Notes under the pieces: generated by a model | What the model saw: only the letters and a program-made list of their open reading frames with translations | Told to the model about the DNA's origin: nothing | The model's database searches: none | Shown: positions 25,471 through 37,250 of the stretch, in pieces | Position numbering within the stretch: the stretch's first letter is position 1 | How the letters are laid out: every line of letters starts with the position of its first letter | Position numbers and translations under genes: made by a program | Source: Hypanus sabinus | Taxonomy: Eukaryota | Length of the DNA stretch: 64,000 nt | Reading direction: 5' to 3' | Assembly (NCBI RefSeq): GCF_030144855.1 | Contig: NC_082733.1 | Coordinates: 36,518,001-36,582,000, forward strand

Positions 25471-27641
25471 ATAGACAATAGACAATAGGTGCAGAAGTAG
25501 ACCATTCGGCCCCTCGAGTCTGCACCGCCATTCTGAGATCATGGCTGATCATTCACTATCAATACCCAGTCCCTGCCTTGTCCCCATATCCCTAGATTCC
25601 CCTATCCATCAGATATCTATCTAGCTCCTTCTTGAAAGCATCCAGAGAATTGGCCTCCACCGTCTTCCGAGGCAGTGCATTCCACACCTCCACAACTCTC
25701 TGGGAGAAGAAGCTCTTCCTCAACTCTGTTTTAAATAACTGACCTCTTATTCTCAATCCATGCCCTCTGGTACTGGACTCTCCCAACATCTGGAACATAT
25801 TTCCTGCCTCAATCCTATCAAATCCTTTAATTATCTTAAACGTTTCAATCAGATCCCCTCTCAATCTCCTCAATTCCAGCGTGTACAAGCCCAATCTCTC
25901 CAATCTCTCTGCGTAAGACAGCCCTGCCATCCCAGGAATCAACCTAATGAATCTACGCTGCACTTCCTCAATTGCCAGAATGTCCTTCCTTAAACCTGGA
26001 GACCAAAACTGTACACAATATTCCAGGTGTGGTCTCACCAGGGCCCTGTACAAATGCAAAAGGACATCCTTGCTCTTGTACTCAATTCCCCTTGTAACAA
26101 AGGCCAACATTCCATTTGCCCTCTTCACTGCCTGTTGCACTTGCTCATTCACCTTCATTGACTGGTGAACTAGGACTCCTAGGTCTCTTTGCATTTCTCC
26201 CTTACCTAACTCTACACCGTTCAGACAATACTCTGCCCTCTTGTTCCTGCTTCCAAAGTGGATAACTTCACATTTATTCACATTGAATGACATCTGCCAA
26301 GTATCTGCCCACTCACCCAGCCTATCCAAGTCTCCCTGTATTCTCCTAACGTCCTCTTCGCATGTCACACTGCCACCCAGTTTAGTATCGTCAGCAAACT
26401 TGCTGATATAGTTTTCAATGCCCTCATCTAAATCATTGACATAAATCGTAAAGAGCTGTGGTCCCAATACAGAGCCCTGTGGTACCCCACTAGTCACCTC
26501 CAGCCAGTCCGAGAAACACCCATTCACTGCTACCCTTTGCTTTCTATCTGCCAACCAGTTTTCTATCCATGTTGAAACCCTGCCCCCAATGCCATGAGCT
26601 CTGATTTTACTCACCAATCTCCTATGTGGCACCTTATCGAATGCCATCTGAAAATCTAGGTACACAACATCCACTGGCTTACCCTCATCTAACATCCTTG
26701 TTACACCCTCAAAAAACTCCAACAGATTAGTCAAGCATGATTTGCCCTTGGTAAATCCATGCTGGCTCGGCCTAATTCTATTACTGCCATCAAGATGTGC
26801 CACTATTTCGTCCTTAATAATGGACTCAAGCATCTTCCCCACGACTGACGTTAGGCTAACAGGGCGATAGTTCTCCGTTTTCTCCTTCCCTCCCTTCTTG
26901 AAAAGTGGGATAACATTAGCCACTCTCCAATCTTCAGGAACTGATCCTGAATCTAAGGAACATTGGAAAATGATTACCAATGCATCTGCAATTTCCTGAG
27001 CCACCTCTTTTAGAACCCTCTGATGCAGACCATCTGGACCCAGGGATTTATTAGCCTTCAGTCCTACCAGTCTACTCATCACAGTTTCTTTCCTAATGTC
27101 AATCTGTTTCAATTCCTCTGATATCTTATGACCCTGGCCCATCCATACGTTTGGGAGATTGCTTGTGTCCTCCCTGGTGAAGGCAGATCTAAAGTATGCA
27201 TTAAATTCTGTTGCCATTTCCCTGTTTCCCATAACAATTTCTCCCAATTCATTCTTCAAGGGGCCAACATTGTTCTTAACTATCTTCTTTCTCTTCACAT
27301 AGCTAAAAAAGCTTTTGCTATCCCCTTTTATATTCCTGGCTAGACTGAGCTCATACCTGATTTTTTCTCTCCGTATTGCTTTTTTAGTTAAGATCTGCTG
27401 TTCCTTAAAACTTTCCCAATCATCTGTATTCCCACTCATCTTAGCCCTGTCATACTTCTTTTTCTTTAATGCTATACAGTCTCTGACTTCCTTTGTCAAC
27501 CACTGTGGCCACTTCCCCCTCTTTGAATCCTTCCTTCTCATTGGAATGAACTGCTTTTGCATCTTTTGTATTATGCCCAAGAATATCTGCCACTGCTGAT
27601 CCACTGTCTTTCCTGCCAGGGCATCCGCCCATTTAACTTGG
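25471..27641 (-). mobile_element. Young 5'-truncated CR1 LINE inserted into an older + strand CR1 remnant
   Basis: (CTATTGT)n tail at 25471-25488, long open ORF2 segment; flanks 25438-25470 and 27641-27722 join as an older CR1. Confidence 0.95.
25592..27604 (-). CDS. CR1 ORF2 reverse transcriptase, N-terminally truncated (no APE), 670 aa open
   Basis: Motifs NYRPVSLTSVVGK, QHGFTKGKSC, YLDFQMAFDKV, GVPQGSVLGP, KFADDTKL, LVRPHLEYCVQFW. Confidence 0.93.
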   Translation of the reverse strand: MDQQWQIFLGIIQKMQKQFIPMRRKDSKRGKWPQWLTKEVRDCIALKKKKYDRAKMSGNTDDWESFKEQQILTKKAIRREKIRYELSLARNIKGDSKSFFSYVKRKKIVKNNVGPLKNELGEIVMGNREMATEFNAYFRSAFTREDTSNLPNVWMGQGHKISEELKQIDIRKETVMSRLVGLKANKSLGPDGLHQRVLKEVAQEIADALVIIFQCSLDSGSVPEDWRVANVIPLFKKGGKEKTENYRPVSLTSVVGKMLESIIKDEIVAHLDGSNRIRPSQHGFTKGKSCLTNLLEFFEGVTRMLDEGKPVDVVYLDFQMAFDKVPHRRLVSKIRAHGIGGRVSTWIENWLADRKQRVAVNGCFSDWLEVTSGVPQGSVLGPQLFTIYVNDLDEGIENYISKFADDTKLGGSVTCEEDVRRIQGDLDRLGEWADTWQMSFNVNKCEVIHFGSRNKRAEYCLNGVELGKGEMQRDLGVLVHQSMKVNEQVQQAVKRANGMLAFVTRGIEYKSKDVLLHLYRALVRPHLEYCVQFWSPGLRKDILAIEEVQRRFIRLIPGMAGLSYAERLERLGLYTLELRRLRGDLIETFKIIKGFDRIEAGNMFQMLGESSTRGHGLRIRGQLFKTELRKSFFSQRVVEVWNALPRKTVEANSLDAFKKELDRYLMDRGI

Positions 27642-27724
27642 GTAGCTTGTGCACTGGAACATGAAGGTTGACCTCAGATTCATAAGACTGAGTGGCATGG
27701 ATAAAATACATAGAATCTTTTTAC

Positions 27725-28005
27725 CCACTAGCCTTCAGGTCACCTTGGGCAAGGTGTAGCACCTGCTTAGACCACCCTGTCCCTTCTGCCCCCTGATCAG
27801 GGTTACAGGAAGCCATGGGAGCAGGTGGTAGATAGTTGTATGAGCAGCTGTCTTGGTTAGATTGCTCTTTTTCTAGATCCTCCTCCTTAACCTTTCTGCC
27901 ATGGGTGACCCTAACAGGAGCCAAGTGCCGGATGGCTAAACTCCAGGCTGCTTCACTCCCTGGATCTCAGGAACTCTTCACCATGACAAGTTGATGATCT
28001 TTGGA
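27725..28005 (-). mobile_element. RTE (Expander-like) 5'UTR-derived element
   Basis: Reverse complement aacttgtcatggtg...ggctcctgttagggtcacccatggcagaaagg. Confidence 0.55.
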
Positions 28006-29399
28006 ATTGCTTTAAAGCACCAGTACTGATCGGGCTGTGGGGAGGTGTGGTTCTCTTGCCACTGGTCTCTGAAAGGATTTGATGTGTTCTCCCTGTGACT
28101 GCATGGGTTTCCTCTGGATGTTCCTAGTTGTTCTCGCATTCCAAAGATGTATGGTTAGGGTCAAAGTTCATGAGCTGTTGGGCATGCTATATTGGCACCG
28201 TAACATTTATATCCACATGGGCTGCCTGACATGCTGAGTATTTCCAACTTTGCTTCATGGTCAAAGTTCAAAGAGAACTTGTGTTATCAGAGAACATGCA
28301 TGTCACTGCAGACAGCTCTGAGATTCTTTTACCTACGGACATACTTGAATCTATGGAGCAGTAATGTAAACAGGATCAATGAAAAACAAACTGCAAATGC
28401 AAATATAAATATTTGGTAACAAATAACAAGAGCATGTAATGAATTATTGGTTGTGCTTTTGAAATGGTGAACTTGACGTGAGATCTGGAATGAAGACTAG
28501 ATATTTCTTTTGTTCCCTTCTGAAATTTTTGGCAATTGTGTTTTGTTAACCATGTGTTTCGCCATAAGAATGGGGATTCATAAGGATATGTTGCATATAT
28601 GTGCTACATCGTATAACCAGATATGACCAGATCACTTGAGGATGGGAATTCAGAATTTTAAAAAAAGCAGACGTCAGTGGGTGGAGTCAAATGCATACAA
28701 ATTATCTATTGTCAGTGCCAGTTCAGTTCATTGTCTGGTAGTTAGTTGATCTATTTGCCTGAATTATTTATTCTAAACAAATAATTTTATTGCCAGTGGT
28801 AACATAGAGAAACTTCATAAATAAACCAAAAGTAAAAACTGAGAAATGTAAACTTGAAACTTGATTCTGCATATATTATGGCCAAAGACAAAAGAGTTGC
28901 ATTGTCTTACAGTACTGTGGCTCAGAACCCGTGAGGTCGAACTTAATAGACATGAAATACCCAAGAGCACAGGTCTTTGATTAGTGTTGATAATAATACC
29001 AATTTGCCGTAATTTTGTTGAGGTTATCACACAAAGCATATCATTCACCAATAAATTGCTCGTTGTAATTTCTCCACTGAGGTTGGGTGAGACTGGAATT
29101 AGAGGGTTAAGGTGAAAGGTGAAATATTTCATAGGAAACTGAGGGGGAGCTTCACTCAGAGGGTGGTAGAGTGAGCTGCCTGCAGAAGTGGAGGATGCGG
29201 GTTCAGTTTCAGCATTTAGAAAAGTTTGGATGAGTACGTGAATGGGAGGAGTATGGTGGGGGGTGGGGGCTATAGTCCAAGTGTATATCAATGGGATTAA
29301 TCTGAATGACAGCTTGGGATGGTTTTGATGGGCTGAATGGCCCATTTCTCTGCTGAACTGCTCTGACTCTACGGCTGTTCTCCTCCCTGTCAAAGCGAA

Positions 29400-29790
29400 C
29401 CAGGTTGTCCAATCATTCATGACCTTTGGGGTTTGTATTTCACTCTGTCTTACCATCATTCTTCAATTCCATGATCAAGACCATCTGTATTCACCTCGGT
29501 TGCAACACGTTTCTTTCCTTCAGCCTACCAACTTTGAAATCTTCAAGTATATATCTATTATCTCCAGGTGTGGCCATTACAGTGGTCCATATAGTGGCTT
29601 CTGAGCTCACCCAAAACTCTGCTGGGAACTTCCACCCATTCGCTATAATCCCACGCTCATCTGCCTACATCTGACAAGCTGACACTTAATTCTCAAGTTT
29701 TCAAATGTGGCCTTTTCCCACTGTATGTCTATAATTTTCTATAGTGCTAAGAGCATCTGAGATCTCTGTGCATCCTCTTTAATTGGATTC
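29400..29790 (+). mobile_element. Old L2-type LINE fragment
   Basis: Decayed similarity to the L2 RT tail (aagaccatctgtattcacctc...ctcacccaaaactctgctg). Confidence 0.4.
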
Positions 29791-29934
29791 CTTTGAGTAG
29801 ACCTACTTTTTGAAGATCTCGTCAAATTGGTGTTGGCCACAACACCAGATATTAGCAGTGATTCCTCTCATTTGCAGATCTCCAGCACAGTAAGAGATCT
29901 CCCATTCATAACCATTGTGGCCTCTGTCTTGCCA

Positions 29935-30290
29935 CTTCTCACTCGCCCATCAAATCTCTCTGGTGCCCCTCCTCCTTTCCTTTCTCCCAGAGTCCACTCT
30001 CCACTCCAATCAGATTCCTTCTACAGGCTTTTCCACCTATCACCTCCCAGCCTCTTACATCATCTTTTCATCCCCCTACCAACCCCCTTCCCTCTCACCT
30101 GGCTTCAACTATCACCTGCCAGTTTGTATTCCTCCCCCTCTGCCCTGATTCTTATACTAGCTTTGTTCCCTTTCCTTTCCAGGCCTGCTGAAGGGTCTCA
30201 GCTCAAAATGTTGACTGTTTATTCCCCTCCATAGATGCTGCCTTATCTGGTTAGTTCCTTAAGCATGTTCTGTTTTTAGCTTGTCTGACT
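29935..30290 (+). mobile_element. PLE 3' UTR with degenerate hammerhead (~30181-30216)
   Basis: Pyrimidine tract, then cctgctgaagggtctcagctcaaaatgttgact, then catagatgctgcc. Confidence 0.65.
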
Positions 30291-30965
30291 CTAGATCCGC
30301 CATTCATGTGGCCGATTCTTAAATATTCTTATCAGTTGGGTCCGCAAGTCCAGATTTGGGCATAGTTACTTCACTGCTATCAGACATCTGAATCAAATAC
30401 CCACTTTCCTTTCGTGCTGCCGTGTTATTGTACTCTTACTCTCTCCATTGTTGACAATTTATCACATCTTTTTGCATCTTTGGTTTGTACAATAATCTTT
30501 TCACCATTATGCTGTTCTGCCCTCTGTAGATTTATTAATACCATGTTTATCATTCACTCTGTGTGTTTCATATGAGCAATGAATTTTATTGTACCCTGGT
30601 TTATATTACAATAAACTGAATCTACTTGGGGAAATTAGAATGAGCGATAAATGCTGGCGTGTGAGTACTAGACTTATCAGTGACGCACCGACCAGAGAAA
30701 GTTCATTTAAAACTCATGATAAAGCTCTATCCATCTCTTCCTCCTTTCTAAAGCATTCCCTTAAAATATACACCCCTGCCAGGTTTCTTGTCATTAGTCC
30801 TAACAGCTCCTTTTGTCAAATCTAGTTTGATAACTTTTTCTATTGAAATATCTTGAACTGTTCTATTTTCTTTAAGAAAAACTATTTAAATATAAGCTAC
30901 TGTTGTAATTTCATTAAAATCAACAGAGGACTAATTGTGTTTTTGTGTTGTTGGATGTTCTAGAA

Positions 30966-31043
30966 TAGAGGGTTCCCAGCCTTTTTTATGCCATGCCACC
31001 TTAACATTAACTGAGGGGTCCACAGACTCATTGGGAGCCCCTT
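30966..31043. mobile_element. hAT-Charlie-type MITE (~78 bp)
   Basis: Decayed CAGGGGTTCCCA-type TIRs; perfect 8-bp TSD TTCTAGAA (30958-30965, 31044-31051); second copy at 47266-47342. Confidence 0.75.
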
Positions 31044-31950
31044 TTCTAGAACATGGGACATTACAGGTCCTTTGGCCCACTCCTTTGTGTCGACCTTTAA
31101 CCTACTCAATCAATCTCAACCCTTCCTCCCACATAGCCTCCATTTTTCTTTCATCCATGTGCCTATCTAAGAGTCTCCTAAATGTCCTAATGTATCTGCC
31201 TCTAACACCAACCTGGCAGCACATTCCATGCACCCACCACTCTCAGTGTGTGCAAAATAAACATGCTTGGTGTAATCTGACTTACTTTATAAGGTGAATA
31301 TGCTGGTAAATGATACACTATAGATTCCTGAGAGTAAGCACAGAAATCAGGATGGGTTCCTCAGGCCAAAGGGTGGTGGGTCTGTGGAGTTCATTGCCGC
31401 GGATCGCTGTGGAAGCCAAGTCAATGGGTTTGTTTAAGGTAAAGTTTGATAGATTCTTGATTAATAAGGGCTTCAAAGTTTACAGGGAGAAGACAGGAGA
31501 ATGGGGTTGAGGGGGAGAATGAATCGGCTGTGATGGTATTGCAGAGCTGTTCTAAGTGAACGGCTCAATTCTGCTCCAATGTCTTAATGGTCTGAAATTC
31601 AAATTATTTTATATTCTATGTCTCCTGTTTGCTATTTGCTTCTCCAGAGGTTCTTCTAAATATCTGTAAACCTCCTAGATTTTATTTTCCCTTTTGAAAT
31701 TTTCTCAATTCAGATTAAGAAGGTGCCTGCTGCTGTCCAAACAGTGTTTTGTAATCGTAACCTGTGCTTGTGAGCCGTAATACAGACTGTCAGTGGGTTT
31801 GAGGTGTCATCACTGAAGGAAAATGATTGATTCCTTTCCTAATCATTCCTTCCCCTGTGTACGTGTTCACGGTGACACAGATGAGACTGACTGCACCCAA
31901 TTTATTTACTGTAATTTCATTTCCAGCTCTTTGTCATTGTCTGTAATCTG

Positions 31951-32462
31951 CAGGACTGTGCAAACATCTTAGGCACACGTATATAGCTAGACTTTTGCAC
32001 GGAACTCTATTTGTCAAGGTGGAGCAGAGAATGAGTTTGTAAACTTGGCAGGAGCAAAGCATGTTGGGAATGGTGAGGGTGGAGTGCTGTGGGAGGGGTG
32101 TAGGTCAGGTGGTATGGAGTGCCAGGAGTGGCAACACACCCAGACCGGAGAAACCGGGAGGTTGTTTGATTCCAAACAATTGCTTTATTGATCATTATGA
32201 AATGTCTGTTGGTTGCTTCCTGCACCCGCTCCTTCCCCTTTTCCCTTCTCCTCTTCCTTCCCCTTTTCCTCACCATGATCAATTCTCCCTGCCCCCCCCC
32301 CCCCCACTATCAGTCCGCAATTGTCTGGTTCATCATCATTCTCTTATCGTATCATGAAATTTGTTATTTTTGCAGCAGTACAGTACAATATATAAAATTA
32401 CTACAGTATTAGGCACTCTAGCTATATATACTGTATGTGCCTCAGATATTTGCATAGTTCTG
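31951..32462. mobile_element. Composite Tc1 unit: mini-MITE + ~400-bp cargo + mini-MITE (copy 1)
   Basis: Decayed CAGTACTGTGCAAAAGTCTTAGGCAC TIR pairs at 31951-32007 and 32404-32462; cargo colinear with 44813-45221. Confidence 0.7.
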
Positions 32463-33837
32463 TATTACTGTACTATGGAGTAACTGTTCACTAGTTTATA
32501 CTTTGCCACAGTTATTGCCAGATTTATATTTCTGCTGTTTAGTTTTTCTACCTGTTTTAGGGTTGGAGGGGTGTGTGTGTTTGTGTTGGAGAGTAGAGGG
32601 ATGCCCACTTAGAATAGAGGTGAGAAATTTCTTTAGCAAGCAAGTGGTGAATCTGTGGAACTCATTGCTACAGGTGGCTGTGCAGGCCAAGTCATTGGGT
32701 ATATTTAAGGCAGAGGTTGATAGGCTCCTGATCAGTCAGGGCATGGTGGGATACAGGAAGAAAGCAGAAGATTGGGGCTGAGAGGGAAATGGATCAGCCA
32801 TGATGAAATGGCGGAGCAGACTCAATGGGTCAAATGGCCTAATTCTGCTCCTAGATCTTATGCAGTTAGACTTCTTAAATGTCAGAGCTGCAGCTTAGCC
32901 ACTATTATGTGCAGCATTCCTTCATGATTGTTAACTGCTTCATTGGATGGTAACACAGTGCGGGGGGTGAGTTTTCCAAATTCCCACACTGTGTTGAATT
33001 GGCTTTGCTTGTGCACTGCGACTAATAACACTTGGCCTCAACCCTGGGACCGGTGCTTGGATTCAAGTCTCCTTATCGTCTCTCTGTCGTGCCCACCAGG
33101 GGGATGTGGTTTGTGGTGGGGGGGGGGGGGTGGGGGGAGGGAGAAAACGAGTGAGAAAGTGACAAGAAAAGTAAAGATTTAATGTCTGAGGTAATGGGTG
33201 TCCTTGTGACCATGGCTTTTGCTGTTGCTTGCTTTAGTGAAAACCTGTTTGTTTAATTTAGTAGAGCATGGCCTAACTGCACTTCTTTGCGGGAGTCTTC
33301 ACGGTTCTTGGTAATTGATGTGTGAATAGGGGTTAAGTTTAAGTGCACACAGCACCTTGCTTTTGAATTGGACTTATGGCCCTGATAGGCAATGTGGAGG
33401 GGTTGTGGGGTGCAGAGTTTGATGGATTCAGTCATGTATACATCTTTTAAAAGTGGCTGTACAGTTGTATTTGGAGAGCAATAGTTGATGTGCACTGCTT
33501 TCTGAGGCTCTATAGTTGGAAACGTGTCAACGTGCCCAGAAGTCAGAGGCCCAACTTCTGCAAGTCCACCGATAGGGTCAGAGTCCCAATGTCTGTGTGT
33601 CCACTGGAGGTTGTCTGTGTGTGAATGTGTGGGAGGGGGGATAGGGACTTGATTTGCTTTTGTTTTTTTGCTGTTCGTGTTGTTCGGCTGAACATTGTGG
33701 GCACGTTGGCACTGGAATGTGGGGTGACGCTTGTGAGCTGCCAGAGTGCATCTTTAGGTTGTGTTGGTTAACTCAGGCTATTCATTTCAATGTATGCGTG
33801 ATAAGTAAATGAGTCTAAATCTTGATCTTCCTTGCGC

Positions 33838-34100
33838 AAGAAAACCCGTAGGTGCTGGAAATCCGAAGCAACACGCACAAAATGCTGGAGGAACTCAGCA
33901 GGGCTGGCAGCGACTGTAGAAAAGGGTAAGCAGTTGACGTTTCGGGACAAGACCCTTCATGAGTCCTGATGGAGGGTCTCGGCTCGAAACGTCGACTGCT
34001 TACTGCTTTTCATAGATACTGTCCGCTCTGCTGAGTTCCTCCAGCATTTTGTGTATGTTGGTTTGGATTTCCCGCATCAGCAGATTTTTTCATGTTTGTG
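33838..34100. mobile_element. Palindromic PLE-derived element (~120-bp arms) with hammerhead at 33962-33997(+)
   Basis: Inverted arms around 33960; AGTC-CTGATGG-AGGGTCTCGGCTC-GAAA-CGTC-GACT (one core substitution). Confidence 0.8.
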
Positions 34101-35038
34101 ACTCCACTAATACCAACCCCTGGCAGGCACTTCTCACTCTCACCATTATCTGTGTAAGAACTTACCCCTGATTTTTCCTCTGATCATCTTAACATTATGC
34201 CCCCTTGTATTAGCTGTTTCTGTCCTTGGAAAATTTCTGACTGTCCACTCTATCTTCTTGAACACCTCAGTCAAGAAGTAACAAAGTGAGTAATGCAAAG
34301 TAAATCCAGGAATTTAATGATAAATTAAGAGATGACAAAGATATTAATAAGGTATTTTATACCAGTCTCCCATGTGGAGGATGCAGGCATTGCCCCAGAA
34401 ATTACAAAAGATCAGGAACAGAAGGGAAAGAGAAATATGGGGAATATTGGTCTGCGGAGAAGTGAAGCAAATTGTTAGCAACACACAAAATTCTAGTGGA
34501 ACTCAGTAGGTAAGCAATATCTATAGAAATGAACAAACAATTGCTGCTTCAGGCCGCCCTTCATCAGGACTGAAGAACTAAATTGTTGGAGCCAAGCGCT
34601 AACTAATCTCTGGCGTGTGATGGACTACATCACACTGTCTCAAAAATTGGCTAGCTTAAGAGTTGATGCATTGGTTTTAATTTTCCAAATTTTCTTTCAT
34701 TTTTGGGAAGGCTGTAATGGAAGGAAAGTGCAGCTCCCTTATCAATGATCAACTTTATTTGCCATATACATTTACCTGTATGAGAAGAATTTGCAGTGGT
34801 GTGTTGGCATGACATGTGACAAAACAACATTCAACAATTAGAAGGTCAAGACAGAGGTTTAAGAATGGACATGGAATAAAATGTGCATAAGTGCCACCAT
34901 GTATTTACAATGTAAACAGCTTTATAAAAAGTGGTTTAAAGTGTTCGCAGTGGGTAATGGTGGGGTGGGGGAGAAACTAACTAGAAAATTGATCAGATTA
35001 ACTGCCTAGGGGAAGAAATGGCATTATTGTTGCCAATC

Positions 35039-35538
35039 CTCTACTGTCAAGATGAAGCCACACTCAGGTTGGAGGAACACCACCTCATATACCGGCTGGG
35101 TAGCCTCCAACTTGATGGTGTGAACATTGACTTCTCTAACTTCTGTTAATACCCCTCCTCCCCTTCTTACCCCATCCCCAATATATTTAGTTTTTTTCCC
35201 CCTCCTTTTTTTCTCCCTTTCTGCCCATCACTGCCTGTTCTCCATCTCCCTCTGGTACTTCCCTCCCCCTTTCTTTCTCCCTAGGCCTCCCGTCCCATGA
35301 TCCTTTCCCTTCTCCAGCTCTGTATCCCTTTTGCCAATCACCTTTCCGGCTCCCAGCTTCACCCCACCCCCTCCGGTCTTCTCCTATCATTTCGCATTTT
35401 CCCCTCCCCCTCCTACTTTCAAATCTCTTACTATCTTTCCTTTCATTTAGTCCTGACGAAGGGCCTTGGCCTGAAACGTTGACAGTGATTCTCACTACAG
35501 ATGCTGGCCTCCTGTGTTCCACCAGCATTTTGTGTGTG
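35039..35538 (+). mobile_element. Penelope-like retroelement 3' end: GIY-YIG endonuclease C-terminus, UTR and hammerhead
   Basis: 35039-35149 translates LYCQDEATLRLEEHHLIYRLGSLQLDGVNIDFSNFC*, the R..E..(W/L)I..L.(T/S)L.P.G.N GIY-YIG C-terminal motif. Confidence 0.85.
35449..35483 (+). ncRNA. Minimal type-I hammerhead ribozyme motif
   Basis: AGTC-CTGACGA-AGGGCCTTGGCCT-GAAA-CGTT-GAC. Confidence 0.7.
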
Positions 35539-35539
35539 G

Positions 35540-35740
35540 TTATTGTTGTTGTTCCTTTTTGTGCCTTGTGATGCATTTTTTTGCCATTTCCAATGCATTT
35601 GACTGCTTTTTACACGGCCAGGCTGCTAGCTCGACACTCAATCCAGCATGGATGGAAAGCGTGCAAGGAGCCAGCCGGATTCGAACTCAGGACCATTCTC
35701 TTCGAAGTCTGGTGCTGTTGCCATTACACCACCAGCAGGC
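35540..35740 (-). mobile_element. tRNA-derived SINE with RTE-like body and (AAC)n tail
   Basis: Reverse complement tggtgtaatgg (A box), gagttcgaatcc (B box), gagctagcagcctggccgtgtaaaaa, tail aaggaacaacaacaa. Confidence 0.65.
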
Positions 35741-36574
35741 TGAAAATGTTGCTATGTTTTTGTATTAATAACCCTATAGCACTTTCCAGAAGGGAGCTTT
35801 TGCAGTGATTTGTCTTGCTCTATTTTTTTGTCCTGGACAAATGCAAGTTCTGTTACAAGGGAGGAAGGAAGAGCAGGAACCTTTGGACTACTTAAACACA
35901 TGTCTATGATTGGGGGGAAAAAGATGTGTGCTGTTAATGTTATGGGAGGAGATTTTGATAAATTCGTGACAAGTGGGCAAAATTCAGCATGGTTTTGTGA
36001 AAGGGTAATTCACCAATTTGTTGGGGTTCTTTGAAGATGTGCTGTGGATAAATGGCAATGGATAGATGCACCAGAATTTTCAAAAAAACTTTTTTAATAA
36101 GGATTGTATTCAATTTAATTCTGGAAATAAAAGCTCACAGTATATGAGGTGGCATTGCAGATAGAAGATTTGAGTGGCTAACAAGAAACAGTAGGCCAAA
36201 GCTAGTTGTCTTCTGGTTAAAATAGTACAAATTGTGTGCCACTGACGTTAGTACTGAGGTCATAACTTTCTATAATTTTTAGAAATTGCTTCAATGAAGG
36301 AAGCAAAGATATGGTTGCTAAATACACTGGCACAAAAAAGCGCACAAGTAAGTTGTGAAGAGGACATAAAGAGGCAACAACTGGTAAATGATGTTTTTCT
36401 GATACAGTGAAAAGCTTGCTTGCCAGCCATCCAAACAGATCATACTATAAGTAAATCAAGATAGAACAAAATGAAAACTCAGTGGAATGCAGTACCTACA
36501 GAGTTGCAGTTGCTGAGAAAGTGAAATGCAGGTAGACAAATGGCAATGGTCATGATGGGGTACATTGAGAAAGA

Positions 36575-37250
36575 AAGAGTTCAAAGTCATAGTACATATA
36601 CGTCACCATACACAACCCTGAGATTCATTTTCCAGTGGACATACTCAGCAAATCTATAGAATAGTGAATATAAAAGAATTGATGGAAGATCAACTAGAGT
36701 GCAGAAGACAACAAACTGTGCAAATGTGAATATAAATAAATAGCAATAAATAAGTAGAACATGAGTAGAGTTCTTAAAGTGAGTTAATTGGTGGGGTGAG
36801 TGAGTGTAGTTATTCCCTTTTATTCAAGAACCTGATGGTTACGGGGTGGTAACTGCTCTTGAACCTGGTGGTGAGAATCCTTTGGTTTTTCTACCTTCTC
36901 CCTGATGGTGAGAAGAACGTGGCCTGGTGGTGGAGGTCTCTGATGACAGCATTTCATGTAAATGTGCTCAGTGGTTGAGAGGGCTTTACCTGTGATGTAC
37001 TGAGCTGAATCCATTAACTTTTGTTGGATTTTCTGTTCAAAGGCACTGGTGTTTCCATACCAGGCAGTGATGCAGCCAGTCAATACTCTCTCCACTACAC
37101 ATCTTGTAGAAGCTTGTCCGTTTTAGGTGTCATGCTGAATCTCTGCAGACTCCTAAGGAAATAGAGGCGCTGCTGTGCTTTCTTCACAATTGCACTGCCA
37201 TGCTGGGTCCAGGACAGATCCTCTGAAATAGAAACATCTCGGAGTTTGAA
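36575..37250 (-). mobile_element. Rex1-type LINE 3' region
   Basis: ORF 36820..37095(-) ERVLTGCITAWYGNTSA...QKLMDSAQYITG. Confidence 0.85.

Noticed and set aside
28815-29459. 214-aa ORF on the - strand
   Set aside because: Largely the antisense reading of a CR1 3' fragment (29065-29372); no recognisable domain
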